Assembly (NCBI RefSeq): GCF_963921235.1 | Contig: NC_086097.1 | Location: 170,130,001-170,194,000 of the forward strand | Length of the DNA: 64,000 nucleotides | Direction: 5' to 3' | Source of the DNA: Mobula hypostoma | Lineage: Eukaryota | Shown: in pieces, positions 51,652 through 64,000 of the stretch | Position numbering within the stretch: the stretch's first letter is position 1 | Layout of the letters: each line of letters starts with the position of its first letter | Made by a program: the position numbers and the translations under genes | Notes under the pieces: generated by a model | Told to the model about the DNA's origin: nothing | Databases searched by the model: none | Seen by the model: the letters and a program-made list of their open reading frames with translations, nothing else

Positions 51652-53519
51652 AGATTGCTTGTTACCTTGGGGCCTGACTAGTTTCAGACCACAGAAAATA
51701 TGAACCCCAGAATTACCCCCAATTGTCCTCCTCTGAGCAGGACACTGTCCTTTCTAACTCCCCAGGTTACATAAGGGTTTCAAGAACTCTCCGAGACATG
51801 AAATTTCCGTAAGTCAGATAAGTTATTGGATGAGACTGCAAAATTGCATTGGTTGGTTAATCAGCTACAGGTTAGTTAACAGATCTTAATTAACTTTAAA
51901 TTTCAGTTTGATCTTAATTAGAGTTAGTTAATTAGTACAGGTCAATACAGATCCACACTACCGTTTCAAAATAGTCCAGACCGCTGGATTTGCTGGGCCA
52001 CAGAGTGCTGAGAGATTCAACTTTTATTTCCCTTCCTGATCACATGCATCATCATACACAGTGTTAGAAAATGCCTGGAAAAACATTTAGTGATGGACAA
52101 TAAATGCTGGCTTTGGATATTGCTAAAGTAAATGTAAAATAATCCACTTTAAATGAAGCTAATCAGACACTAGCTGTTCAATGCCTTTGGGCTGTTACTA
52201 CAATGGGTTGTTCTAACTTAGCTAACAGAGAAAACTATGGTATTTTCTATCACAGTAACCTGCTGAAGCCAGATCTTTAAGCATTATTCAAGAAGGAGTT
52301 GGATATTTTTCTGAGGCTACAGGGAACATGGAATTTGGAAAGGAAGCTGGAGACGTGTTGGATTTGAGTAGTCAGACATAGTTATATTCAGTGAAATTGA
52401 TTTAATATTGTTGCAGTTCCTGAGGTACAGTGATAGACTGTTTTGCATGCCATTCGTATGCAAAATATTACATTGCAGCAGTGCATCGAGGTACTAACAA
52501 TGCAGAATAAAGTGTTACAGTTATGGAAAAAGAGCAGTGCAGGCACATAATAAATTGCAAGGCCATGATGTGGCAGATTGTGAGGTCACAATCTTATTGT
52601 ACTAGTCTTATAACAGCAGGATAAAAGCTGTCCTTAAGCCCGGTGATACTTGCTTTCAGGCTCTTGTAACCTTTGCCTGATGGGAAGTGAAAGTTTGAAA
52701 GACGGTGCAGGCTTGAAGGGTTGAATAACCTTCTCCTTAATTTTCTGCAATGCAATGCCAATTCCAAAACTACAACATTGACTATAGAGCTGTTCGGGAT
52801 GTTATCAAATGGAACTATGATCATTATATAAATACAATCTTTCTTATGTGGATACTTTGGCAAACCATATTTTGTTATGTGGAGTTTGAAGCCATTCAAC
52901 AAGACACTGTGATGTGGAGGAATATAGAGAAAGGGAAGTAAGGTGATTTTAGAACCTGGAACTTGAAGCTACCAAGGTTGGCTTCAAAGACCAAACATGA
53001 TTGTCTTGGAGGAAGCAAGATTAAGAAGGGTCATGGCACATTTCTGTCAAAGTGTTAAAGGGGATGGAAAATGTAGAGGCAAGCAGGCTATTTAACTTGG
53101 TTTGTGAACACAAAACTAAAAGGCATAAGTATAAAATTAACAAGAATTGTATGTGTTGGAAGAATCCCAGGTGCAATATTTAATGGGATGTCAATGATTC
53201 TTTACACAGAACTGGATGAATATTTCATTAACATTGGGATTGAGGGTTTGAAGGATAAGTAGAGCTAGATAATTGACTGCAGCATGGAACATGATAAAGT
53301 TGGGCTTCTGGGAGCATTCCAGTGCTGTGCCAGGAATGTTAATTGGCCCAGAATGTGTATGGCAGGATATAAAATTTGGTTATTAAGCTGTAGTTTTGAT
53401 TTTTGTTTTCCTTTGAAGAGTACTTTTGAGGTGTATTCACTATTGTAATGTAGAAAACACAGTAGCCACTTTTTGCACAGCAAGTTTCCATAAAGAGCAA
53501 TCAAGTGAGTGGTGTGGTA

Positions 53520-54062
53520 CAAGACGTTAGTGACACTACACTTGGAATACTGTGTTCAGTATTGGTCACCCTGCTAGAGGAAAGGTACCATTGTGCAGAG
53601 GAGATTTACAAGGATGTTGCCACAACTTGAGAGGTAGAGTTTTGGAGAGAGGTTGAACAGGCTGGGATTTTTATCATTGGAGCCTAGGAGAATGAGAATC
53701 ATGGGTGGTTTTATAGAATTGTATAAAATCACGAGAAGCATAGATAGTGTCAATGCATGGGGTCCTTTCCCTAGTATCAAGAATGAGAGGGCATAGGTTT
53801 AAGGTGAAAAGGGAAAGATTTACTTGGAACCTGATGGGTCACTTTTTAATCTCGAGAGTGGTTAATATATGGAACGAGCTATCAGAAGAAATGGTTGAGG
53901 CAGGTATATTAACTGCATTTAAGAAGTATTTATGCAGGTACATGGTTAGAAATGGATGGATATGGTTCATATCTGGGCAAATGAAGCTAGCTTAGATCCA
54001 TGGTTGCATAGACCAGTTGGGTTGAAGGGCCTATTTCAATGCTGTTTAACTCTATGACTCTA
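53520..54062 (+). mobile_element. CR1 3' fragment
   Basis: HLEYCVQ and RGHRFKV...VVNIWNEL. Confidence 0.8.
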
Positions 54063-54137
54063 AATTCAATATCTAAGGTTTAAGTTTGTTCATTGTCAAT
54101 TTTCAGTACACGAGTGTAAAGGAGAACAAAATGATTG

Positions 54138-56136
54138 TGCAACTCTCACTTCGGCTCGCAACTTAGTATAGAGGATGATAGCCCCCTGGCCCGGCCAAAG
54201 TTAAGAAATCTTGTTTGAGTGGACATTGCGCGATGCGTCACCTGCTACAAATCAGTACCATGAAATAACAAACAGTATATAATATGCGATCAAATGATTG
54301 AACTTTAAAATTCTTAAATGAACTATACGGTTAGTAAAGAAAACAAAAGAAGAAAAAGAGCCCATTCTCATGAAACGGTTCCCAGACACACAAGAAAGAA
54401 CAACATCCCCCTCATTGGCTAGCATGCCCATTATCTCTAGTCATCACCTGAACACTGCTGCTAAAGAAAACCCATCACCTCAGCCGTGGAACATTACAGA
54501 GAAGTCACTAATTAGCAGTGAAACCTTACAGCGTGTAACACTTACCCCCTACCTAATTCAGTCATGTCCTCATGATGTTGAGGTAATTTGCCAACCCTTC
54601 CTGCAAACACAAAGTCCCAACCAGGTGCACAAGGCAGTGATATAGCTCCCCAAAACAGTTAGTGTCACACTCTGCTCCCTGGTGCTACACAGTCCCTCGT
54701 CTAAATTTGGTATCTAGCCTAATGCAGCCATGCACTTCCTCAAAAGCAGCTCGAAACCCCGGGTGCACGGACAATGTTCCCAGAAAACTCTCCCCAGCCT
54801 TCTCCTTGCAGGCCCCCATGAGCCTCTTCACAAGAGGGGTATTGGTCCCCACCAGAATTGAAATGCCGCCCTTCTCAACGGGGTCCGGACAAACCAGTAC
54901 TAATGTATCAAGGACCTCAGACAGTCCCACATCGGCCTCCAAGAATTCCAACTTCACTGACATATAACCGTTGTATGGATAATCACTAGCACTAAACCCC
55001 AGATCTCCAGTGCCCTGAATGGGGTCAAGGGTAAATGCTTCAGATACCGGTTGTAAAACGAATGGTACAACAACATGACCTGTGACCCAGTGCTGAGTAT
55101 GGCTTTAGCATACATACCCTCTATCCATAGTGTCACACGGGAGCGTGGTCCCACCAAGCCTTCAGGAATTGGGCCTTTTGCTTTCGGGGATTCCTTGGTA
55201 CATTGCTGGGAACGTGTTCCCCAGAGACACCAGGCCATTCCCTCACTGGGTCTCCTCTAGGGTTTCCCAACGACTCTCTCTGCTTAGGTACCGGGGGGCT
55301 CACTCTCCTTCTGGTGTGACACCTGCTGCCAGCAGCCCTCCGCATTGTTCGTCCCCTTGCGGAATCCGCCCCCCCCATCAGCTTCATCGTATGGGGGAGT
55401 CACACCTGCTGATAACAGCCGACATATCTCCATTCTCAACTCTACCACAATCTCCTCTACCGCTCCATGGGGCAGGCTACCTGTGGTCACTTCACCGCAG
55501 GGAACTACTACCGAGGACTGTACCCTGCTGACTGAGTCCTTCCACGCCGCCGCTGCGTTCTCCTCTTCCTGTACCTCTCTGATCAGCTCAACAAAAGAAA
55601 GAGGGGGGCGCGTCTTACGAGACTGTCGGAGACCCTAAGCAATCAGGTCATGGGACTGGGTGCCCCGGCTATCTGGTCCATTCTTAATTGATCCACCTCA
55701 GCCGCCTGAATGACCCCTCTGCGCTGCAAGCAATTTAGCTGCCTCTCTAGCCGAAAAATAAAAGCAGAAATCTTCTCCTCCTTCTCCTGACGCATGTTCT
55801 GAAACCCCACCATGAGCTCCATTGGGCTTCCAGTTGGACCAGAAGCATTGTCCAGTGCTTGCATGTAATTGACAGCTGTCACAACAGGACACTTTAACCT
55901 GACAGCTCTCACAATGTCAGCGGCCTGCCCATTCAAACTCTCAACCAATCTCTGTCACTTTTCATCATCAGAGCACTGCCACTCATCTAACAACTGAGAG
56001 GTCCTCTCCGCCCAAGTCTCATACTCCTCCTCCCCTTTCGGGCCAAACATTGTTGCTACAGAGAAACCATTACCTCAGTAGTGGAACATTACAGAGAAGC
56101 CATCACATCAGCAGTGAAACCTTACAGTGTGTTACA
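54138..56136 (-). mobile_element. Deleted Gypsy LTR element with PNMA-like gag and protease
   Basis: LTR 54138-54540, partial LTR about 56042-56136, TSD ATTG at 54134-54137 and 56137-56140; gag LVESLNGQAADIVRAVR; protease [11 protein letters not shown]. Confidence 0.88.
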
Positions 56137-56459
56137 ATTGCTACTCCGGATCTGATGTGTGCATTGGTGATCATCTGATTGAAGAGAGTACAATGACTAG
56201 CAGACGCTCCATGACTCTTCTTTATATAACCGCATGGTATGACTCATGGTCATTTGAAAGGATGAGTAAAACTTTGATTATCCAAAGTGCAGCCCCTCCA
56301 GCAATTTAACATTGTCTTGCTGTTGCACTGAAATGGCAGCTAAGATCTTTTACAGTACACAAGTCAGGAGTGGAATATGAACTCCCCACCTTTTGACACA
56401 AAGGTGAAGAATGCCCAATTTAGAATAACATTGGAATCCAACAGAGTTTTGCCCATTAA

Positions 56460-58190
56460 TGCAAGAGATCCTGCAGATGCTGGAAATCCGAAACACCACC
56501 TAAAAAATTCTGGTAGAACTCAATAGGTTAGGCAGCATCTATGGGAAGGAATAAACTGTCGCCATTTTGGGCCATGACCCCTTATCTGGACTGTTAAGGA
56601 AGAGGGAAGAAGCCAGATTAAGAAGATAGGGGAAGGGGAGAAGGTGATAGGTGAAGCCTGGCGGGTGGGGGGGCGATGAAGTAAGAAGCTGGGTTGAAAA
56701 AAAGTGAAGGACTGGAGATGAAGGAATCTGATAAGAGAGGTGAGGAGAGGATCATGGGAGAAAGAGAAGGAGGGGGGCACCAGGGGGAGTTGAGATGAAG
56801 GTGAGGAGAAGAGGTAAGAGGCCAGAGTGAAGTAATGAGGAAGAGGGAAGGGGAGGAGCAAAAAAATTTCCCAGAATTTGAAGAAGTCAATGTCCAATGC
56901 CTTCAGGTTGGAAGCTACCTAGATGGAATATGAAGTGTTGCTCCTCCATTCTGAGAGTGGCCTCACGGAGGCAGTAGAGTAGTTGACATGTTGGAACAGG
57001 AATGGGGATAGGAACTGAAATGATTGGCCACAGGGAAATTCTGCTGTTTGCTAATGGAGCTGAAGTGATTGACAAAGCGGTCCCCCAGTTTATATTGGGT
57101 CTTGCTAATATAGAGGAGGCCGCACTGGGAGCACTGGATACAGTAGACCATCCCAACAGATTTGCCTCACCTGGAAGGACTATTTGGGGCCCTGAATGGA
57201 GGTGAGGGAGGAGGTGAATGGGCAGATGTTTGCAAGGGTAAGTGCCAGTAATGAGATTAGTGGGGAGAGATGAATGGACAAGGGAATCATGGAGGGAGTG
57301 ATCCCTGTGGAAAGCGGAGAGTTGGTGGGAGGGGAAAGATATATTTGGTGGTAGGGTCTTGTTGAAGATGGTGGAAGTAGTGGTGAAGGATGTGTTCGAA
57401 GCGGAGGCTTATGGGGTCTAGGTGAGTTCAGGAGGAACCCTATTCCTGTTACATCGGTGCGAATGTGAGGTAAGCACAGATGGCCAGAAAATGAAGGAGA
57501 TGCAGGTCAGTACAGCATTAATGGTAGAAGAAGAGATCATCTCTGATGTCCAGGAAAAGGAAACCTCATTCGGGGAACATGTGGCAGAGATGAAGGAACT
57601 GAGAAAAGGGAATGGCATTTTTACTGGAGACAGGGTGGGAATGGGTATAGCCAAGATACCATAGGAATCGGTGGGTTTATAAAACATATCAAGAGACAGA
57701 AAGGAGAGGGCAGTGTCAGACATGGACCAAATTAATTTAAGGGGAAGGTGGAAGTTGGAGGAAAAGTTGATGATATTGATGAGCTCAGCATGGGTGCGTG
57801 AAGCAGCACCAATTCTGTTGTCATTGTAGCATTGAAAAAGTCGGGGAGCACCACCAGGGAAGGCTTGGAACATGGACAGTTCCATGTAGCCAACCAAAAA
57901 AACAGACATAGCTGAGGCCTACGTGGGTATCCACGGCTACACCTCGAGAAAGTCGGAGGAACTGAAAGAGAAATCATTGAGGGTGGGGACCAGTTCTGCC
58001 AGATGGAGGAGGGTTGTGCTGGAGGGGAACTGCTTGGGTCTGTTGTCAAGAAAGAAGCAGAGCGCTTTAAAGCCTTTTTGATGGTGGATAGAAGTATATA
58101 GGGACTGGACATCCATAGTGAAAATCGTGGCCAGGGAATTAAAAGTTGTTGAGGAGATTAAGAACTTATGAAGTGTTGTGGATATAGATT
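56460..58190 (-). mobile_element. Penelope-like element (RT plus GIY-YIG endonuclease), degenerate
   Basis: VYCIQCSQCGLLYISKT...LGDRF..H...PVANHF; FYKPTDS; a degenerate YIDD region. Confidence 0.88.
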
Positions 58191-58339
58191 TTTAACCATT
58201 CCCATTTTCTGTGAGCTTTGACACTACTCTAGCTGCCAATGTGGAGACAATTGGTTAACCTGCCTGCCAGTCAAACCTGGAAATCACACTGTTGCAAGGG
58301 ATTGAAATGGAATTCATGTGGATGATATGTCTGCCATTG

Positions 58340-58925
58340 TCCTCCATAGCACATAGAATAGGAAGTGGACCTGTGGATTACCATGATTATGACAACCACG
58401 ATGGCAATCTAACTCATCCCATCTGCTTGCACATGGAATATCTCTCTCCATTCCCTGCTTGTTCATGTGTCTGTTTAGATACCTCTTAAACATTGTTGTT
58501 GCATTTACTTCTCCCACCTCCACTGGCAGTACATTTTAGGCACCAACCTCTCTCTGAGTAAAATAACTTGCCTTGCAAATCTCCTTCTGGCTTCCCCCTC
58601 TCACCTCAAACCTATGCCCTCTGGTATTTAATTAAACCCTCTGGTATTTGACGTTTTCATCCTGGGTAAAAGATTCTGACTGTCTACCCTATCTAAGCCT
58701 CTCATAATTTTATCAACTTTTATCAGGTCTCCACTCAGCCTCTGACGCTCTGGAGGAAACAACCCAAGTTTTTCCAACCTCTGCTTAGAGCCAATACTCT
58801 CTAACCTACACAACATCCTGGTGAACCTCTTCTGCATCCTTCCATATCCTCCCTGTAATGGGGTAACCGGAACAGCACACATTACTCAAAATGAGGCATA
58901 AATAAAGATTTATACAGCTGCAACA
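58340..58925 (-). mobile_element. CR1 3' fragment
   Basis: QKRFTRML...DLIKVDKIMRGLDRVD. Confidence 0.82.
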
Positions 58926-60123
58926 CACCACATTTTTTTCCCTGAAGAAATTACTTGCTTTGTTTAGATGAGTTCGCTGTAGTTTGTTTTCCTGTCTCTC
59001 TCGGTGGAGTGTTTACTAAGAAAGAACATCTTTATTTGCTTTGGAATTGATCATAACTGGAGAGTAACACAATACTCCCACTACCCCCAGCCCCTGCTAA
59101 AATAACATGGTGTCGGTAATTGATGCTATCCACGTACCATTCATGGTCTTGACATTTCAAGGAAGTTCTCTTGAGAATCTGTGCACAAGTTAATCTTTGT
59201 TGATTGTCAGAAGTACTGCTTCTGAGAAAGACCCTCCGGCCACACCTTCCATTTTTAACTAACTAAAAGAGTTATTGTTTTCAAAGCTCAGCAGCACGAC
59301 ATGAGTAAATATTCACACCAGACATCTCCGTTGTGGAACAGTGAGATTTAACACCATATGAGCACCATAGAAGGTTAACAATGGAGAGATGGTCACGTGA
59401 GTCACGTACTTGGGAATTGCAATAAACAGGCAGAATCTAATGAGATTTTATCACTGTTTAAAAATTCATTTTGATTGTTGCTTTCTGTTTTATTGGTAGA
59501 AATCTGCAAGGTACAAAGAAGAAATAAATCATAGGAGTCCCAGACATAAAAAAGAGAAGACCGCCAAATAAAAACAAAATTCTCATAATTGATTCTACAA
59601 TATCGCATTACAGGAGATGCTAAATGAAATGGATCCCATCGTGTCAAATGTCATAACAGGTTGCTAAGTGTGGAGCCGTGCCAAGGAACCGGAGCATGGA
59701 ATCTGTTTTCAATTTGTAACAAAAACAATGGCTGGGTAGACAGGAACTGCAGATCTGTGAACTCCTTATTAGCTCTGCTTAAAATAACGAAGTATCTTAA
59801 ATGAATCATTGAATGTCACTGTGCTAAAAACTTTTCAGCCCATTCTGATTCTTGAATTAAATCTATATTCTCCAATCTAATTCTGCCAAATTCTTGCTTC
59901 ATTTTTTACTTTGTACAGAGGACAGTCACTCCTGTGACAGAGAAATCTAAAATTCATTTTCACATCCTTAATTTCCCTTGAGAATGGTGGTGAGAAGGGC
60001 CAATTTCTTGAGCAACTCTAGTCCTTCTTGTGAAGATTCCACCCCACACCCCAATCCCTCCTCCAGCTTGTTGCCATATACATAAGGGTGTACAAAAATT
60101 TCTTGTTCTCATGAAGCACACAG

Positions 60124-60151
60124 AACCCTAACCCTAACCCTAACCCTAACC
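60124..60151. repeat. Short interstitial telomeric repeat, about 4.5 CCCTAA units
   Basis: AACCCTAACCCTAACCCTAACCCTAACC. Confidence 0.85.
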
Positions 60152-60469
60152 ACTGTATGTGGGAATAATAAATATAACAATCTGACTTCTATTTATTTTT
60201 CTGTCCAGGTGAAGACTCTAAACATGAAACATTGACAGTTCACTTCCTTCCTCATATGCTAGTCGACCAGCTGAGTTCCAACAGCAATTTTTTGTTGCTC
60301 CTGATCCCAGCGTCTGCTGTCCCATGTTGAACGTAGGGTGGTAAGCTAGAGGGAGTCTCTTGTCGTTGGTGTGAGTGGGATAGTAAATTAAATTACCAGG
60401 TAACTGGACCCTCAGGACTGCCATGTCAGAGTATACGGAGGAGATATGCAAAGTGACCATCTGATCTGC

Positions 60470-60895
60470 AACATGATATTATGTAGATGCTGGAAATTTT
60501 GAGCAACACATACAAGATACTGGTAGAACTCAGCAGGTCAGGGAGCATCTCTGGAGGGGAATAAACAGTCAAAGTTTTGGACCAAGACTCTTCATAAGGA
60601 CTGGAATCCTTCATCGTCCTTCACATTACTTCTACTTCAGCCCTTTATCTCTTCCATGTATCACTTTCCAGCATATTACATCATTTCACCCCTTCCCCAA
60701 CCCACCCACCTCTCCCTCATCTGATCCATCACCTGCCAGCTTGTACTCTTTCTCTCCTCCACACCTTATTCTGAGTTCTGCCCCTTCCTTTCTAGTCCTG
60801 ATGAAGGGTCTCAGCTTGAAGTGTCAACTGTTGATTCCCTTCCTTAGATGCTGCCTGACTTGGCGAGTTCTTCCAACATTTTGTATGTGTTCATC
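60470..60895. mobile_element. Older inverted pair of Penelope-type termini
   Basis: About 60500-60605 is an imperfect reverse complement of about 60790-60892; hammerhead-like motif at 60794-60829. Confidence 0.7.
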
Positions 60896-62344
60896 ACCCA
60901 ATCAGCAATTGATTTCTCCAAATGCAGAACACTAATTGCTTTGCATTAGATTGGAAGAGTTGCAAGTGAATCATTATAAAGGAACACCATAATAATGCGA
61001 GTGAATCATCATATGGGTGGATAAGTTCAGGGATTGATTGATTATGCACTATTTGGGTCAACCTGGCGCCCAGAGCGATCCAGCCTTGCTTCCAGGCCAG
61101 TTGAATGAGCATTGGAACTTCTTTGCCCAGGCTCTGACTTCTCCTTTCGGTGCCCAGAGCGGTCCAATCTCACTGGTGGGCCGGCTGTACGGGCATTAGA
61201 ACTCCATCTGTAACGATTTTACAATACACCATCTCGGTTCATCCCCTGAACTTGCCTCGCCCCTTCATCGATTGTGGCGATAATTTAACACAATTTACCT
61301 CAGGAAAGTTATTTTTAGCCAGGGATTTCTTGGCTTTTTCTCTACCAGGGAGCAGTCGCACACGTTCGGTAGTGCCATGTTAATGGGAATTCTCCCGTGT
61401 GAAGAAGTTCCCCCGTATGTTCTCCTTAAACATTTCACCTTTCACCCATAACTCATGATCTGTTGTTCTACTCTCACCCAACCTTAGTGCAAAAGGCCTG
61501 CTTGCATTTACCCTATCTATACCCCTCATATGTATTGATGAGCTAAATGGCTTAATTATGCTCCTATACATGATGAAGTAAATGCTGGCCTTGCTCACTT
61601 TCCTAAAATGAATAAATATAAACTAAGTATTGCCTTCCCATTGCACAGAGTTGCCCCTTGATCCTGATGTGATTGGTGGCCACACCTTCCTTGAGGAATT
61701 GTGATGAATCCTTGGACATCTCCATATGGGATTCAGACTCTGGCACGTCCCAGACACTGATCGGCATTGCTTGTGTCTCTGCTGCTTATGTAGACTTCCA
61801 ATCTCAGCAGATCTATTGACAAATGAATCATGGCAGGATAACTCCTCCCATATGATGTTATATTTTAATTCAAGTCGAGCATGCCTGCTCTAAATAAAAC
61901 ATGCCTAGAGAGAAGGGGTGAAACTTAATTTGATTTCTGGCCCGAAGGTATTGAAGACCTCATTTCAGTTACTGAGCTGTTTCATAAACCAAATGTTGTT
62001 ATCAACACAGTGTAATCTTTAACAACGAGCTGATTGGAGGACCAACGGCCTTACTAACTTCAAAGAAATACAATGATGTTTATAAATTCACTAACCTGCT
62101 TATTTTTTAACCCATTAGGTAAGCTGAAGATGTGGTCACTGAATAGTTAATTTAATGAAGTGGCAAATGATGAGACATGATTTCAAATTACACCCTCCTG
62201 CTTGGGAATTTAAATTCAAGTAATTAAGTATATTTGGAATGAAAAACTAATTCAGTAGTGTTAGCTGTTTTCTCTTTCCACAGATGCTGCTTGACTGGCT
62301 GAGATCATCCAGCATTTCTGTTTCAGTCTTAGTAACAGTGACCA

Positions 62345-62700
62345 TGAAAACCATAAGGCCATAAAACCATAAAACATAGGAGCAGAATCAGGCCATTCAG
62401 CCCATCGAGTCTGGTCTGTCATTTGATCATGGCTAATTTATTTTTCCTCTCAACACCATTCTCCTGCCTTTTGTCAGTAACCTTCGACACTCTTGTTAAT
62501 CAAGAACATATCAACTTCTGCTTTAAATATACCCAATGACTTGACCTCCACAGCCATCTGTGGCAATGAATTCCACAGATTCACCACCATCTGGCTAAAG
62601 TAACTTCTGTTCATTTCTGTTCTAAGGAGACATCCTTCTATCCTGAGGGTGTGTCCTCTGGTCCGAAACTCTCTGTCTATTGGAAACATCCTTTCTATGG
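62345..62700 (-). mobile_element. CR1 3' fragment
   Basis: RTRGHTLRIEG...VVNLWNSLPQ. Confidence 0.85.
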
Positions 62701-62734
62701 ATGAGGACAGACTCTTTGTAATATTTACACCTCA

Positions 62735-63025
62735 GAACTTGAAGCTGTCAACACTCTTGACCTCAGCACCATTGGTGTAAACAGGAGCATGTGTAGCAAC
62801 CCCCTTTCTGAGATCAATAACCAGCACTTTGACTTTGTTGAGATTGAGGAAAAGGTTGTTACCGTGATAACATGTCACTGAGCTCTCTATCTCCTTCCTG
62901 TACCCCAACTCATCGTTATTTGAGATGCAGCCCACTGCAGTGGTATCATCTGCGAATTTGAAGATGGAGTTAGAGCAGTCATTAGTGTACAGGAAGTAGA
63001 GCACAGGGCTGAGATTAAGGATAGG
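62735..63025 (-). mobile_element. Rex1-like RT fragment
   Basis: LYTNDC...FKFADDTTAVG...NNLFLN. Confidence 0.8.
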
Positions 63026-63639
63026 ATGATGTGGGCTCAGGGCAAATGGGTTGCTAATGGCCAGCATGCCCGAGACTCTATAATGATTAGGGACGGACTA
63101 CAAAGTAACTCTCAAAAAGCAAATTGCTGCAGCAACTCAGCAGTACAGGCAATATCTATGGAAGGAAATGGATAGTTGGTGAATTGGTTTGAGACCTTTC
63201 ATCCGCATGCCATGAATGAAAAGCAAAACGAATCCAACCTCTCAGAATAAACCGATATCAATGCAAGCCGACATGGTAATTAAGATAGGAAAAATCTAAA
63301 ACACACAACATAGGATCCTTAGCTCCTAGGACAGAATGTAAAGGAGTAACTTGAGATGGATCAAGAGGGTTTGCATAAAATTAGTGGGTAAAAGATTAAA
63401 ATGCATAACAAATGTTAGACATCAGGTCTTTACAGCTCTCATTATTAAATCATGCATTTCTTTGCACTGTAGCCACTTCTTGAAGATAATGTGAATGCCA
63501 GTCCCTATCCTGTCCCCTAGTGATACCCTCTAAGTGGTTGTGGTCTACAGGGCAAGTCCAAATCCTACAGTGGTTAGTGTGCTGTATTGAGTGAAGGAAA
63601 GGACTGAAAAAAACTATTGCCGAATTATTGACATGCATA

Positions 63640-64000
63640 TAAAACACAACACAATGCAGGAATAGGCTCTTGGGCCCACCATGATGTTTCTGCCAACCGT
63701 GATGCCAGTCTGAACTAATTCCATCTTCCCATGCATGGTCTGTGTCCCTGCACTACCTGCCTCTTCATGTGACTGTCCAACTGCCTCTTAAATGTTGCTA
63801 TTGGATCTGCTTTCACCAGCACTTCTGCAGCTGTTCCCACTCCTGCCATTCTCTGTGTAGCAAGCTTGCCTCATATGTCTCCTTTAGACTTCTCTCTCTC
63901 ACCTCTCCCTCTCTTCCCTCTCACCTTAAAGCTATTTCCACTAGTATATGACTATGTACTCTATTTTTGGCTCTACCTCCAGAGAAAATAATCCAGGATT
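63640..64000 (-). mobile_element. Old CR1 3' fragment
   Basis: Similar to the other CR1 tails in the window (FKRQLD-like). Confidence 0.6.

Noticed and set aside
1..64000. CRISPR arrays, prokaryotic operons or defence systems
   Set aside because: No regularly spaced repeats or gene-dense structure; the sequence is vertebrate transposon-rich DNA.

Overview
This is vertebrate, repeat-dominated intergenic or intronic DNA. The repeat repertoire suggests a cartilaginous fish, probably a ray (inference). No intact host gene was recognised, and nearly all long ORFs are transposon fragments. The window holds many CR1 LINE pieces, two young Rex1/Babar copies, a 5'-truncated L1, a Nimb/I-type LINE with RNase H, Penelope-like elements, a hAT MITE, a Tc1 relic, tRNA-derived SINEs and V-SINE-like fragments, and two Gypsy LTR elements with PNMA-like gag. 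The main finding is the Gypsy element at 38728-42659, which has both LTRs, a 4-bp TSD, a tRNA-Pro PBS and a PPT. Its RNase H/integrase region is replaced in frame by discontinuous segments of a sarcomeric myosin heavy-chain rod (MYH16-like by recall), which points to host-gene capture by an LTR retrotransposon. A second theme is the repeated minimal hammerhead-ribozyme motif in Penelope-type termini, including a young hairpin insertion with 155-bp arms and a 14-bp TSD. All homology calls are by eye from recalled motifs, and many boundaries of old fragments are approximate.
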